Source: Gordius albopunctatus (lineage: Eukaryota). Taken from it: a DNA stretch of 64,000 nt. The stretch covers positions 7,440,001-7,504,000 of the forward strand of contig OZ193909.1 of assembly GCA_964276515.1 (NCBI GenBank), written 5' to 3'. How positions within the stretch are numbered: position 1 is the stretch's first letter; every line of letters begins with the position of its first letter. Shown piece after piece: positions 24,701 to 37,500 of the stretch. Both the position numbers and the translations under genes were made by a program. A model generated the notes under the pieces. That model searched no databases and was not told the origin of the DNA. It saw only the letters and a program-made list of their open reading frames with translations.

Positions 24701-27700
24701 TTATAATTAAATAATTGTTTTAGTAATAGTACATAACATATTAATTAATAATGGCTGACAAAAAAACTTATAATAATCTCAAAATAAAATTAAACCATAA
24801 CTTGAAGAGTGAAGTGTGGAAATAGTTTGATATACTACTGGATGAAAATGACAACCAAACTAGTATTTGAATCTGCAAAACTTGCAAAAAGTATTTATCC
24901 TACAAACCATCTGATGGAACATCCCATCTTAAAAGACATAAATAAGCTAGCTGTCGTATCCGTAGATAGTCATCCCCCCATGTCCCCTAATACAAAGTTC
25001 GTTGATTGTAACATCTGTGTACTGATTTTAATTAACACATAGTAATGAACCCTTTATTTACGTGTGTGTTAATTCCCCCCCCCCCTACGTGCTTATATGT
25101 ATGTATTATTTCTATCAATACGCATCATTGAATTTGATAACGCGATTCTATTGATTATTATAATTTTGTCTTAGTTAGTATAATAAAATGTAGCTCCTGA
25201 TTCTCCCTTCTAACTTATCCCGTTGCGGAGGACAACGCATACTGTAAAGCTGTAAATTCATCTTTATTTAAAGGCCTTAAGCTTGTCATCAATTCTCCCA
25301 ATTTATTCCTGATGATTCCCCTTCCTTCAAACTTTTATATTTTAAAACGTATTCTTTACGAATACGATACTAGCAATGAATCAAAGTCTGGAACAATGGA
25401 TCAATTTGTTACGGTGATGGATACAAAAAAACCAAATTTTCTAAAAACCAAAATAATAGATGAGTCAATCAAATTTTGTGCCAAAGATTTAAGACCCTTT
25501 GAAGTTTTAGCCAAAGAATGATTTAAAATTTTTTGTCAATTTTTGATTTCAATAGTTGGACAAGTGAAGATAGAGGACATAATGCCTCATCTAACTACTG
25601 TAGCCAGGCATGTCAAGCAGTCTGCAATTGCTGTAAGAAAGCTAATTTTACCAGAAGTAATATCATATGTGGAAAGGGGATTGTTTTCGGCAACCACAGA
25701 CATGTGGACAGATGACTATACCAAGAATTCTTATATAACATCAAGTATACACTACATTAATGATAAACTTGTTAAAAGGATATTGTTCACAGCACAATTC
25801 CCATATGAAAAATAATGCAGAAAATATTAAAATGGAAATCCTAAATAAATTAACATCATTCGGATTATCTCTAAGTGATATTTTTAAAATTACATTTGTT
25901 TCAAATCACGTGGCCAATATCATAAAAGCTCTACAAAATTACAGACGACTGGATTGTAAAGCTCACCAGATAAATAATATCATTAAAGGGGTTTTAATGA
26001 ATTATTTTTGGGGGAAAATGCTCCAGATGTATTGAACATGATAAATGACACTAAAACTTTTGTACTGTATTCTAAACAAAGTGGCTTAAATAGAAATCTA
26101 AGCCATTGTTTATATCAAGATGTAGTTGTTAGATGGAATTCTAAATTGAATCTTTTGGAAAGTGTTAATAATATGTTAGATGAAACTGAAGAGATTTTAA
26201 CAAAAAGGAATGAAACCTTTATGTTGGTTAATATAAACAAACCTTTGCTAAAATCCACTATTGATTGAGTTATTGAGGCCATTTAAAGAAGCAAGCACAC
26301 AATTAGAGGCGGACTCAAAATCCACTATGCCTTATGTATTTTTATCGAAATTGAAATTAATTAATATGATGGAAAATGATGGATTTTCGGACAATAAAAT
26401 TAGAAATATCAAAAATAAAATTAAAGAATTGATTATACCTTCATCAACAAATGAATTTAATCAATATCTTGAAGAATATGTAGATCCTGAATGTTTTGAT
26501 CTTATAAAATGGTGGAAAGCCAAAGAAGCGAAGTAAATGTTATTAATATCAATTCAACCTTAAATTAGGTATCCAAAACTATCTCATTTGGCATATGAAG
26601 TTTTATGTATTCCTGCCACAAATTCCATTAGTGAAAGAAATTTATCAACTGCAGGTCGATTGATTGAAGAAAGAATAACTCGCTTGAGACCGAAAATAAT
26701 TGATGATTTATTATTTTTACATGATTATTATTAATATTTGTAATATATAGATATATTTATTAAATATTTTATTAAAAAAATTAGAATCCAACAGAAATCA
26801 GCAGACTAAAAATTTTTTTATACTGGCCCGAGCCGGGCTCGGGCTTTGCAATTAATTAGCGGGCCGGGCCCGGGCTTTTTAATTTTTATAACGGGCGGGC
26901 CAACTGATCTAAACAGGCCCGTTGCAGGTCTCTAATTCACACCTCCTTTAAATTTTCATAAAAAATATAAATTAAACCTTCAAGCAATTATGGCTTAGAG
27001 AACTCTCTTTTTTCGGCTTAACTTTTTATATACGAGTAGAAATCTTCTTTATAATATTCCTTATTTAGTCAAAAACAACGCTATAAAATATATATCTCCG
27101 TTTTGACGTGTTAAATTTGTAATAAAGAACAATAGCTATAAATATTTTAAATATTTGCCGTCACTTTATAAAGTGTTACTTAATTGTATGGACATAATAA
27201 CGCATTGCAATTGCAATAAGTTGATTACGAATTTAAAGTTGCCTAATTTTTGGCATCAAGCTGTGTCACACAAATTTACTATAAAAATTAATTTAATATG
27301 GCAATATTCATTAAAAATATAAAAATTAAAGGTTTGTTCTCAGTTATTAAGGATTTCCTCATTTTATATCTTAGAATTGTGGAGATGAATAATAAGGTAA
27401 CTAACTTTGTCGAGTTGTAGGAATTATAAATTTTCGACTCATCAACTAGATGTACAGAAATGGCATCTATGAGATCTAATATATTTTGATCGACGAAAGG
27501 TCGTATCCCTTTACTAATTTTTAATTTTTCGAACCATTTTTCGTTGACAGTTCTTATTTTGCCCCTGGTACGATGCAAATTTATAGTAGTGTCATTATCG
27601 AAGTGCATAGCACCCAACCATTGAAATCTACTCAAATTTTGATACAAATCTTTTAATTCTTGATTGTGCTGATCTAAAAGCTCTGTTATATAAAACTCAA

Positions 27701-27811
27701 TTTTTTCTATAATTGTATATTACTTGACAATTTTTCGTTAAGCATCGAAGATTCCACAATCATAATAAGTCTTGTACAAAAGAAAAATGTATAGAAATGT
27801 GATAAATTCAT
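18792..27811 (-). CDS. Angiotensin-converting-enzyme-like protein (peptidase M2), single domain, secreted, predicted non-catalytic
   Basis: Exons 27724-27811 (hydrophobic leader MNLSHFYTFFFC...), ~27406-27682, 23499-23839, 23296-~23442, 22983-23259, 22730-22938, 20749-21187, 18792-18966. Motifs: FYADLHAYIK, TIPIHL..HAWGSSWS, AEQYWISLG..LSPSFWDES, EEAVGNLIGLS, NLSFLMNMALRDLPF, YNLEWWKIVERIQGL, PMLEFFNPFREWL. No transmembrane tail. Confidence 0.88.
19119..19816 (-). mobile_element. Non-autonomous Helitron (TC...CTAG) carrying a short TATG microsatellite
   Basis: The minus strand starts A|TCTATATATATAAAGTAAAAGTCTATGTATG and ends with hairpin CCAAAGCAACGCTTGG plus CCGGGCACAGCTAG|T, inserted at A^T without a TSD. 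Homologous to copies at 45169-46720, 56631-60070 and 60727-61677. Confidence 0.85.
20052..20240 (-). mobile_element. tRNA-derived SINE
   Basis: Minus-strand head GGGGCATAGTTGGT (A-box-like) ... GCGGGTTCGAATCCCGC (B-box in a perfect T-arm), no acceptor stem, followed by a body shared with 9383-9545. Confidence 0.75.
21589..21728. repeat. Tandem duplication, unit ~71 bp
   Basis: TTTATATATTGTAGGAATTAATCATATTTTTCTAAATATTACT.CC.T..AATAGTAAGGATTCACAA occurs twice in tandem. Confidence 0.85.
21914..22473. mobile_element. hAT-type MITE with long internal palindrome
   Basis: TIR TAGTGATGGG(G)AAA / TTTCCCATCACTA; perfect 8-bp TSD CTACAAAG (21906-21913 and 22474-22481). Internal arms ~21975-22100 and ~22212-22400 are reverse complements, with TATAGC repeats. 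Confidence 0.92.
24751..26734 (+). pseudogene. hAT transposase pseudogene
   Basis: BED finger (KSEVWK..CKTCKK..GTSHLKRH), DLRPF, SATTDMWTD, CKAHQINN, VRWNSK, WWK..YPKLSHLAYEVLCIPATNSISERNLSTAG..LFLH. Broken by stops, frameshifts, an apparent internal deletion near 26440 and the 24952-25369 insertion. Confidence 0.9.
24952..25369. mobile_element. Solo-LTR-like insertion (418 bp) inside the transposase
   Basis: Ends TGTCGTATCCGTA ... TACGAATACGATA (imperfect inverted repeat, TG...TA); 5-bp TSD CTAGC (24947-24951 and 25370-25374). Removing it rejoins the transposase frame (HK*ASNESKSGTMDQF). Confidence 0.75.
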
Positions 27812-27991
27812 GGTGATATGTTTATTGAAAACTCTCCAAGTCTGCTTTATAAATATATAAAGTAAGAACAAGATTATATATGCAATTATCTGATAATCCT
27901 AGATATCGAAATGCCTCTGGGACTATATTATATCAAGATTATTTTTTCCTTTTATAATTTTAGCCATACCAAACGTTAGGATCCTATATAA

Positions 27992-28421
27992 GGGGGCGTT
28001 CCTGATGACGTGCGAAGCGAAAAAAAGCGAAGTGAAGTTTTGAGCTAATTTATCAAACTATTGATTATTTTTATTAATATCTTTATATTCATCGTGAAAT
28101 TTATCATATATTAAATATGAATGATATTTATTGATAAGATCGTAATTATTCTATAAAGATATAAAATTATATAAAAATACCTACATACCAAATTCAATTA
28201 TTTAACCATAGCGCGAAAAGTACAAAATGATTGCCGCAGGCGAAAATAATCGTCTGCGGTTTCACTATGAACGCCTCCTATTTACAATTGTTATTTTCGT
28301 GATATATGATAAATTTTACGATTAATATAAATATATTAAGAAAAAAGAATGAAAAGTTTGATAAATTAGCTCAAAACTTCACTTCGCTTTTTTTGCTTCG
28401 CGCGTCATCACGAACGTTGCG
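27992..28421. mobile_element. MITE with long TIRs (PIF/Harbinger-like)
   Basis: CGTTC.TGATGACG.GCGAAGC.AAAAAAGCGAAGTGAAGTTTTGAGCTAATTTATCAAACT pairs with its reverse complement at ~28356-28416; flanked by TAA on both sides. Confidence 0.75.
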
Positions 28422-28451
28422 TAATATTGTTTCTAATAAAGTAATGTCTTA

Positions 28452-28732
28452 GGGCTTGTCTTAATATCGGATTCAGATTCAAATGGCGCGAATTTATTTT
28501 TATCAAATATTCAATTTCATGTGTCAAACTCGGTTTTAATTATTAATATTTTGTTATTTGATGGTTAAACTTAAACCCGTTTTTTTGTTTATTTCAACTC
28601 TGGAGATTAATCGCTGTTATATTAGCCGTCTGAAATGTAAATCTGCTGTGAATTCGAAGTTAAGACGCGGCTATGTTATAACCCTTATAACAATTTTTGC
28701 TGCGTAGCAAAATCCGATAATAAGACAAGCCC
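28452..28732. mobile_element. PIF/Harbinger-type MITE
   Basis: TIR GGGCTTGTCTTA.TATCGGAT / ATCCGATA.TAAGACAAGCCC; 3-bp TSD TTA. Confidence 0.85.
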
Positions 28733-29421
28733 TTAAGTTGAGATGTAATGATGAATACAAATATGCCCTCTTAGTTACCTTACAACTTATGAATCATGCG
28801 CGGCGACATTTCTTAATATAGCAATAATTTAACTTTTAGATGGAAGAGCAAAAAAGGTTTTTAACATTAAAAACTATTGCTAAAATTCCTTTACTATTTT
28901 TTTATTTACATTTACTCTCAGCATTACTATTATTTTTATGTATAATATTATGAATTTACTCTTAGGAATCTTTCCACACTACTTGGAATGTAATAAATAG
29001 GGATATATAATCGAAATATAAAAGTTAAAAACAAGAATCCGCTTGTACTTAATTTTTTTGGCACGGGTAAATTTAAAACCTAATTAATTTTAAATGTTGT
29101 TTACATCTTAACTTCCTGCCAATTTTTAGTTTGACGTATTATGTTATGCCCTGCGAATTTATACCTAAATAACAAATACAATATTTATCGAAAAGAGTAA
29201 GGGTGGTTGAACTCCACCTTTACTAGCTTTCAAAATGCTATCCCCTTACCTACTTAATCAGAATTTAGCATTCTTATTTTTCTCATTCTAACGCAGGGAG
29301 TCGAATCTTGTCAGAGCCTAATTTAAAACATTTTTACTTAAATTTAGGTTTTTATAATTGTCTAGCTGATATAATTTAAAAATATAAATCACGCTCTGAG
29401 TTTTTCGATATAGTTTAATAT

Positions 29422-31904
29422 TAGTGTTTCGATCTCGTCTCGTCTCGGTCTCGAAAACAAAATCTCGTCTCGTCTCGGCAGCGATTATGAAAATCTCGAT
29501 CTCGTCTCGTTTCGACGAGAATTTTCGTCTCGTCTCGACTTTTTTAAAAAAATATATACGGAATAAAAATTTCTCCTGTTTTCTTAAAAATATTAAATAA
29601 GTTTTAAAAAATTAAAATGGCAAATTTTTTTATTTTTTGATAAACTTTAATACACAAACTTTTTAAAGATTTAGCGGGACACGACATCTCATTGTCAATA
29701 TAAAGATATTAATTCATTCAAAAAAATAACATTTTCTATGGAAAGTGCAGACTAAAAAACTATAAATAAATTTGAAGTATAGAAAATTAAATTTTATTGT
29801 TCTAGCAAATTATAACGTTTGTATCAAATCACCGTGTTTGTCAACTATATAGACTTAGAAAATAATAATTTCGGTTATAGTTGACTTAGTTGCACAATTT
29901 ATCAAATTGAGACCCTTTATTAACCCTGGCTAAAGCTTCAAAGTAGGCCTTAACATATTTAAGGCAAACATTTAAGTCCATTAGTACCATTATTAATTAT
30001 AACCCATAGTGTTTATTGCATGTTTACTATAGCGTTATGAACCACGATGTGCGAGTGACTTTTAATGGATAATATTATTATTTACAGAATTGATAACTAG
30101 ATGCACAAAACAACAATATAAGCAGCATTATTATAGGATTAGGAATATAAGGGGATAAACTCTAAATTGCACGTATTTAAATTTATGACAAAAATCATTA
30201 AAATTAAATTTATATTCCAAATAATTATCTTCCAATTCTAACTAACTTTGACATTAAATAGTTATTTATCGAATATAGTTGAAGCATAAAACTTCTAGAA
30301 AACTCATGCTTTAGATTTAATCTATTGCGGTGTCATTAAATAATCTATTGTACTTTTTAAATCGTTAAGCGGGTGCTAAAAAATCTCGAGCCACCTTAGC
30401 TTAACTAGTTTAATTATTCAAACTGATTGACCACCAATTTATAATTACCGCATTATGCAGGATGAATAACTGCGAAATATAAATATGCTTTGTTTATATT
30501 AATTGCTATGCAATTTATGGGCTCGTTTTTGGTTGTCCGTCGTCCGTCCGTCGTCCATCCACCAAGTTATTGGCGCCAGCTTTTTTTAAATTAAATTAAT
30601 ATATTGTTTTAACACCATTGATAATATGACTTTTTGACCGTCCGCAGGCTACTGACCATTGAAAAAAATTACCATTGGCCAAATAAATCGAAATTTTTTG
30701 TTCGTTTTTGAATAGGTTAACATTGATAATTACCCTATACTTTTTAATAATTGCTATGCAATTTATCTAGTTTTTGGGTTAGAATCCCGGAGTTTTTTTT
30801 GACTCTTATGATTGTTCTTGTTACTATCATTGATAATAAGACTTTTTGGCCGTCCGCTGGCTGCTGACCAATGAAAAAAATGACCATTGGCCAAAATGTG
30901 TATCCGAGTTTATTTTTTCGTTTTTTTTAACTATTATGATTGTTCCTGTTCCTACCATTGCTATTATGACTTTTTGGCCGTCCGCTGGCTGCTGACCAAT
31001 GGAATAAAATGACCATTGGCCAAAATGTTATTCGAAAAATTTTTTTTCGTTTTTTTTGACTGTTATGAATTTATATCCACCTTTACCGTGTCCTGGCTGC
31101 TGACCAATGGAAAAAAATGACCATTGGCCAAAATGTGAATCGAAATTATTTTTTCCGTTTTTTTTTACTATTATGATTGTTCCTGTTCCTACCATTGCTA
31201 TTATGACTTTTTGGCCGTCCGCTGGCTGCTGACCAATGGAATAAAATAACCATAAGGCTGGCTCTACTAATGTGAGTTCGAATCCCGGAGAAGACAATTT
31301 TTTTTAATTAAATCGAAAATTTGTATTAATAATTAACTAATTATTTTACATTTAATACCCCCCCCCCCGCCTATAGGCATTCTCACCCCTTCCCACCTTT
31401 CTCGCCCATAAATTGCATAGCAAATATGATACATTTATACGGAGTGTAGATGAGTTCCCCCTTCCCTCCCCTCCTCCCCTTCCCCCTTCCCACGAGGGCC
31501 GAAGGCCCGAGTTTTTACTATTCAATCAGAACTCATTCTAAGCCTATAATTTTGTAATATTTAATAATGCTATGGATCTAAATATGTGATAAAGATATTA
31601 TAAAATTATTCACATACCCTAAGGGTCAACCATACTTAGGTAAATCCTGCAAAAAATATAATATTTACAGGAATTTTTTTAATGTCAAATATATTCCATA
31701 CGTATTAATTTAAACTTAATACCTTAAATGTAAATCATGAAAATTAAAATACACAATAATTTACTAAAATATAACGATAAAAAAGTCGAGATCTCGCCGA
31801 TAAAATCTCGTCTCGTCTCGTCTCGACATCAAAATTCTCGTCTCGATCTCGACTCCATCTTTTGAATTCTCGTCTCGGTTTTTCTCGGTTTTTTTGCATC
31901 ACTA
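29422..31904. mobile_element. Large non-autonomous hAT element ('TCTCG' family A), interrupted by a DINE-like element
   Basis: Termini TAGTGT.. / ..GCATCACTA; subterminal (TCTCG)n arrays; TSD TTTAATAT / TTTAAGAT (7/8). The body is homologous to 54571-56344 and, in reverse, to 60106-62019. Confidence 0.85.
30499..31513 (+). mobile_element. DINE-1-like non-autonomous Helentron element with central ~120-bp tandem repeats
   Basis: 5' subTIR ATTGCTATGCAATTTATGGGC with an inverted copy GCCCATAAATTGCATAGCAA (~31404-31423); GTCC-type microsatellite (~30535-30560); tandem units TTTTGGCCGTCCGCTGGCTGCTGACCAATG..GACCATTGGCCAAAATG; 3' hairpin GGGCCGAAGGCCC; inserted in a T-run. The empty site is visible at ~55918. 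Confidence 0.8.
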
Positions 31905-31919
31905 TTTAAGATCTCTGGC

Positions 31920-32109
31920 CATGGGCGTACGCAGGTTTTAAATTAGGGGGGGGGGCAGATTTTTAAAAAAGTTTTTCTTGACTATCCAAAAAATTTCCTG
32001 GGGGGGGGGCAAAACATAATGATTTTTTAATTTTTAAGGTTTTTTGTATTGAAATTGGATATTTTTTTATATTAGGGGGGGGGGGGCAGCCCCCCTGGGT
32101 ACGCCCATG
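31920..32109. mobile_element. hAT-type MITE (190 bp)
   Basis: TIR CATGGGCGTAC.CAGG / CCTG.GTACGCCCATG; perfect 8-bp TSD TCTCTGGC. Confidence 0.9.
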
Positions 32110-33723
32110 TCTCTGGCTTACATTTTTTTTTATCTAACTAATGTATATTTTAGATGGGATTTAATATTCGCTAAATGGTTTGTGGCAGAAAAAATTCTAG
32201 CTCATATCGAACTTTTTCCTCTAACATCTGTACAAAAGAAGCAAAAAATTTGGCGTTTTCTAAGGTCCAAATAATAAAATTTTAGCCAAGCTTATCTTTA
32301 ATTATCGCCTTTGAACACAATTAAATATAAAAAACTTGTTTAGATGAGCATTATAAAGTTAGCTAAAAACTATAGATTCTTACTAATTTATTAGAAAATC
32401 CATAAAAAAAACGAAGCTATATATAATTGATTATATTCTAACCAGTGAGATCAATATTAAATTTCGCTTTTATCTCTATATATCGATTAAAATTGGTTAG
32501 GTTTTTTTAAACTATTGAAAAAATAACAAAGTGCTAAAAATTATAAATTTGACTTAATTATAATTTAATCAAATAATTATTAAAAGCTCAAATTATAGAT
32601 ATTTCTTGGGCTTCTGCCAATTAACTCATTAATAAAGATTCAAAGTATTCTTCATATTATATTATATACCTATGAAATATTGGATTCGTAAAATGTAGAT
32701 GATATATCTAGGCCAGGCGCGTAGCCAAAGTTTTTCCAAGGGGCAGGAAAAAGTATAAAAAATTTTTTGCTTTTATTTATATAGCATGAAAACACATATT
32801 TTATGTAATAAAATACATAATGTCATTAGAAATTGTCATATCTGTAAAACAAATTATTTTTTTACATAGTTATATCAAACCTCTAAAATCCTCTAAGCTA
32901 TAAGATAATTTCGAAATTGACTATAATGTCAATACATTTATTGATATTCTGACATACTAATTCATATAAAGCCCATTGCAAAAATTTATTAAAGAGTGGG
33001 GGGGGGGCGTTACCGCTTTAATTTTAATAATATGGGTATATGATTTACCGTAAAAAACAAAAGTAAATATTTTCAAAATAATGTGCCTGTTTTTTGCCAA
33101 TCAAAAATGTTCAATTATGTTTAAGCTAAGAGGTAATTAGCGAAAATTTTGTAAAAATGTCATTTATTGTTATTATTACTTCATTTCTCATACATGCTTC
33201 AGGTCTCAAGTTGGAAACTTGCGCACATTCGTCCTGAGGTCCTCAAAAGACAGGCTAATATAAAAGTGTCATTACCGTAGGAAATTATTATAATTTAAAC
33301 GAGGGGGTTGAAAATTTGTAAGGGGGTAAGGTCTTTTCCTGAAACAAAGCCTTAGACCGATGCTAATTTTGATTTTAAGTTAATTTTAAAGCCTTTTATA
33401 TCATGGAATTTATATTCCCATACCCCAACTACATCGATGCACATGTAACATCCATCGAACAGTTTTCAGCCGCCATAGACGTTACATTATTTTAAGTCAT
33501 GTTTTTACATACCGAAGTGAGCCAATTTTTATTTGTTTGAATTAATCCAAGTTGCTAAAATTTATACAATGATGTCTATCTAGTCAAATAATTATCCTAT
33601 AGCTAAATTTATTGGGGCACATCTTGGATAAATATGGGATTTTTAACTCTCATAATTATGACTTGTCCCTGTTTGTCGATTACAGATGTTCAAACCATAT
33701 GGCGCGGAGTTTTTAATTTTGAA

Positions 33724-36700
33724 ATGTTTATCAAAAACTATACACTACACTTTAAGGAATGGCTATTAGAATTGAGGTGACATTAATCATTTTATTACAA
33801 TTTAAAATTTTTTTGATCTATAATATTTATTATTGCAGTGAAGGTTTTAATGTAATACTCTATGGAATTGGGTCAAAAATTAAAATAACTGAGCAGTTTC
33901 ACAATGCCATGCTTAAAGATAAAGCATACATTGTGATAAACGGATTTGAGTCCCAGACAACTGTCAAATCTGTAATTACTTTTGTTTATTCTTGTATCTA
34001 GTCAAAATATTAATTAGACATATCATATTCAATAATTGCATTGTATTTTGCAAATATAAACATGGAATAACCACTAAATACAAATTTTTTTAGTCCCCTA
34101 GAAGCATTTAAATAATTATTTGAATTTTGTAAAAATATAATGAATATTTTTTTAAATAAGATGAGTATTTGTGTAAAATGAAATAAACTTATAAAATATA
34201 ATTTGTGTAATTTTATTCATTACCTTTTTCTTTATCATTAATAGGCCCCTATTTTACAAAATATGTTTCACTTTATTACTCATTCTATCCTGGTTTAACA
34301 TTATGCATTTGAGATTGGCTTGTGAATCACTCCAGATATAAATCTTTTTGCAGTTTGATTTATTAAATAGTTTTTATTTCATGTTTAACCTGATGTTTAT
34401 TTGCACTTTGAATTAGAAGATATTTAAAGGATATCTAATAGGCTTATTTGAAATTGCAAATTTGAATAATTCTTACTTTTATTTTAAAACCAACTTAATG
34501 GATGTTAATGCTTCAAGTTAAACACTCCATTATGCTCCATAAACGTTCATTAAATATAGACCAACATTTTTGGATTAATTCATCCTATATATATTTGCAT
34601 TTTTTAACAAGGTCACCAATGCAGTAGCCTACCTCTTGAATATTCCTATAAAAGGTTCTATTGTAGACTACATAAAAGCCATACATAACAACATCATCGA
34701 GACACTAAGTAAATATGATCATATGCAATGAATAGCTTTATCAATTGTGTTAAAATTTTAAATGCCTGCATCCACGGATTTAGACCGTAATTGAAAAGAT
34801 TAAGTCGATTTTTAAGATTATTTCACTATATTTTTGGCTTGGGGACGAGGCTGCTCCTTCTTTTTGGCTATGCCCCAGATTATTATCATTAGTTAGATTA
34901 ATTTTGTCATTCATTCTATTTTTATTCAAAATCGCATAATCACAATCAAACCTGCTTTGTTTAGCCATGAAAGAAATAAAATAGAGTTTATTGTATGAAA
35001 AGATCATCTACGTGATTAATTGTATTCCATGTAAATCTTATATTTAGTGACAAGGTGTGAAAAGGAGCATTACTACATCATCATTAACAGTCTCGATTCG
35101 CGTTACATGCAACATGAAGCCTTAATAGAATTTTTAGTTGGGGTAGCGCGATGCGAACGCGTTCACATCTTGGCCACCGTGGATAAAGTTAATTGCGCCT
35201 TACGTAATACACTCCATTTACCTTTGAGATCTCTTTTATTTCGTTCACTAATCTAGGCTGGCTGGTGTTTTCTTATTTGGCATAGGTATTAAAGATTAGA
35301 ATCCCTGTGAGCCAAGTGCTAAGGCGATATTGTTATGATTGATGTAGTAGGTATTTACATTTTAAAGTGTCTTCAACGAATATTTAAAAATTTCGGCCAA
35401 TTTAAATGCATGTTTTATGAATTGAGTCTTAGTTTTAAATCTAGGGGTAAGAATTGGTAAAGTAATGGCCTAAAATTTGAATTCATATAAGGGTCGTGTA
35501 TAATTAAATTATATTTAAACGGAATTTTTGTTCGGTTTTGAATACAGTATGGGATGAAGAAACTGCTGGCTTGCGAGGTTTTAACTGGATTTGGCATCAC
35601 ACCCCTACCTTTATGCCCTACAGTGCAGAAACTTTAGAAGATGATGAACTTCAGCAAACGGCAATGGATCTGGATAACGAGTTTGCTAAAGTAAACCCAG
35701 CCAATACCTTAGAGGACCGGGAAGGCAACGTAAGGATGACTGTTATGGCAACATATTTTTTTGGTTATAACGAGCCCCAAAGGTTTTATGTTACCAATAG
35801 TTGACTTTAAACGAATACGGATATTTTCATTAAAACTCATTAATATCCAAACGATTGAATTACTTAAATAACTCGTAAATTTATTTTAAGTTTAAAACCA
35901 AATCTAAGTTTAGTTATATAATAGGTAAAAATTAAGTTGTTACATTTAGGCGAATGACATGGAGAAGAATGACACGGATTACAAAAGTGTAACCCGCCGT
36001 GGCAACAATACTCAATACCTTTCCTTAACGCGCGTCCTTACTAGCTTAACGCTCAACGCTAAAAACATATTCGCTCTGATTGCAAAAGATTTTATCGATT
36101 CGCGCCCCGACCGCAAAAAATTTAAAGGAACTCGCTCTACCGAACCCAATAGATTTATCGTGGGGGATGATAACCATATAGAGTGTAAGTTAATGCGCTT
36201 GTGATGGAAATCTTATAACATATTATAAATTAATTAAAGACAGCTTATATAATTGCTTACACATGAGTCGTAATTTATGTGCGTGGATTCTAGAATGATT
36301 GTTTTAAGCTGTTCGTTATTTTAGCCCACAATATAACTCCTCGTGCCAAAATCATTAAGGTGTGCAGCATGACTCCACAATTGTTTAGAACCATTTAAAA
36401 ACTTCTAATAATTCAAAAATAGGGTATCTTAAAAAATTTTTAGGTGTTTAAAAATCCGGAAATGTTAAAATGTAGGCATTTATATATTTTCCTTAGGCTC
36501 TAGGCTAAAATTGCCATGGTCGGGAATTCTGTTAAAGTTTAAAGTTCTATGTGTATGAATCTATGAATGTTTTAAATTGTAATATTTGCTTCTCGGTGTG
36601 TTGTTTTAGGTGAAGGGATGCCATTCCAGGATCTTTTGCGGATGTGTCGTGAAGAATTTTACGTGAGCAACGACGCCTCCCTTAGGACCCATTTGCGGGA

Positions 36701-37076
36701 GTTTGTTGACCATGGGATCATCAAGCTTAAATTTGTAAGTTTTAAGGCGCTTAATACAAAATTTTATAAAGATTAAAAATTTATTGTTTAATCATTTTGA
36801 TTACGACCTTTGGGCCTATTACTAAAGGAAATTTAGAATCTTGAAGGTTGCCTTTAAAATAATATTATTTGGAAAAATAAAATAGCATGTATCAAGAATT
36901 TTAATTCACAATAACATAATTAAAAAAGTTATTATAAAAAGAGGATGGATTATTAAATTTGCTAATCTATTTAATTTACATTTAAGGATGATATAGGCGT
37001 TGAACGAATCTATATGTGCGTTACGAAGGACGTTGTGGAAGGATGTTTGGAAGAACATTTAAAGGGTTGCGATTAA
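33724..37076 (+). CDS. ORC2: Origin recognition complex subunit 2 (start uncertain; may extend upstream)
   Basis: Exons 33724(or acceptor 33686)-33776, 33839-33971, 34612-34708, 35048-35203, 35548-35729, 35950-36184, 36610-36734, 36987-37076 (1071 nt, in frame). Motifs: FKEWLLEL.EGFNVILYGIGSK, IVINGF, LATVDKVNCALLWD, FNWIWHHTPTFMPYSAET, VLTSLTLNAKNIF, CREEFYVSNDASLRTHLREFVDHGII. Confidence 0.92.
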
Positions 37077-37335
37077 ATATTTTGGAAGATGCGTGTAAAA
37101 GCTCCTAATGAAATACACAATCTTCAAATTATATTTTCATAATGCACGAAATTTACATCTAAAATACTTATAATTATGCCCCTTTTACATATAAATATTA
37201 TACACTGAGATCCGACATGTTATAGTGGGCTTTTAAGATAAATGCTATCTTTGATGCCTATAACTAAAATAAATAGCATCTTCAAAATATAAACATTGGT
37301 CGGTATAGAATGCTTTAAAAACAATTTCAAACCTC

Positions 37336-37500
37336 AAAAAAATTACCATGAAATTTGTTTCCAAAAGTATATCATTCTAAATTTATGGGGTTCCATTAGG
37401 ATGACCTGGTTAAAATGCAAAAAAATTACCATGACAATTGTTTCCAAAAGTATATCATTCTAAATTTATGGGGTTACATTGGAGTGACCTGGTTAAAATG
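37336..37500. repeat. Tandem duplication, unit ~83 bp
   Basis: AAAAAATTACCATGA.A.TTGTTTCCAAAAGTATATCATTCTAAATTTATGGGGTT.CATT.G..TGACCTGGTTAAAATG occurs twice. Confidence 0.85.

Larger units (their letters stand above)
24229..26934 (+). mobile_element. Full-length decayed hAT (Ac/hobo/Hermes-like) DNA transposon in an intron of the ACE-like gene
   Basis: TIRs TAGAGACCT(T/G)CA at both ends; GGGCCC-rich subterminal repeats; 8-bp TSD ATTAACAC / ATTCACAC (7/8); transposase remnants inside. Confidence 0.92.

Noticed and set aside
28002..28030. Hammerhead ribozyme core (CTGATGA...GAA); also CTGATGA at ~48650 and CTGAAGA at ~46766
   Set aside because: No convincing stems I-III or GAAA-NUH arrangement; the first lies within a MITE TIR.
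30800..31260. CRISPR-like array of regularly spaced repeats (also 52240-53060)
   Set aside because: The inter-repeat sequences are themselves homologous (a ~120-bp tandem unit), there are no cas genes, and the context is eukaryotic.
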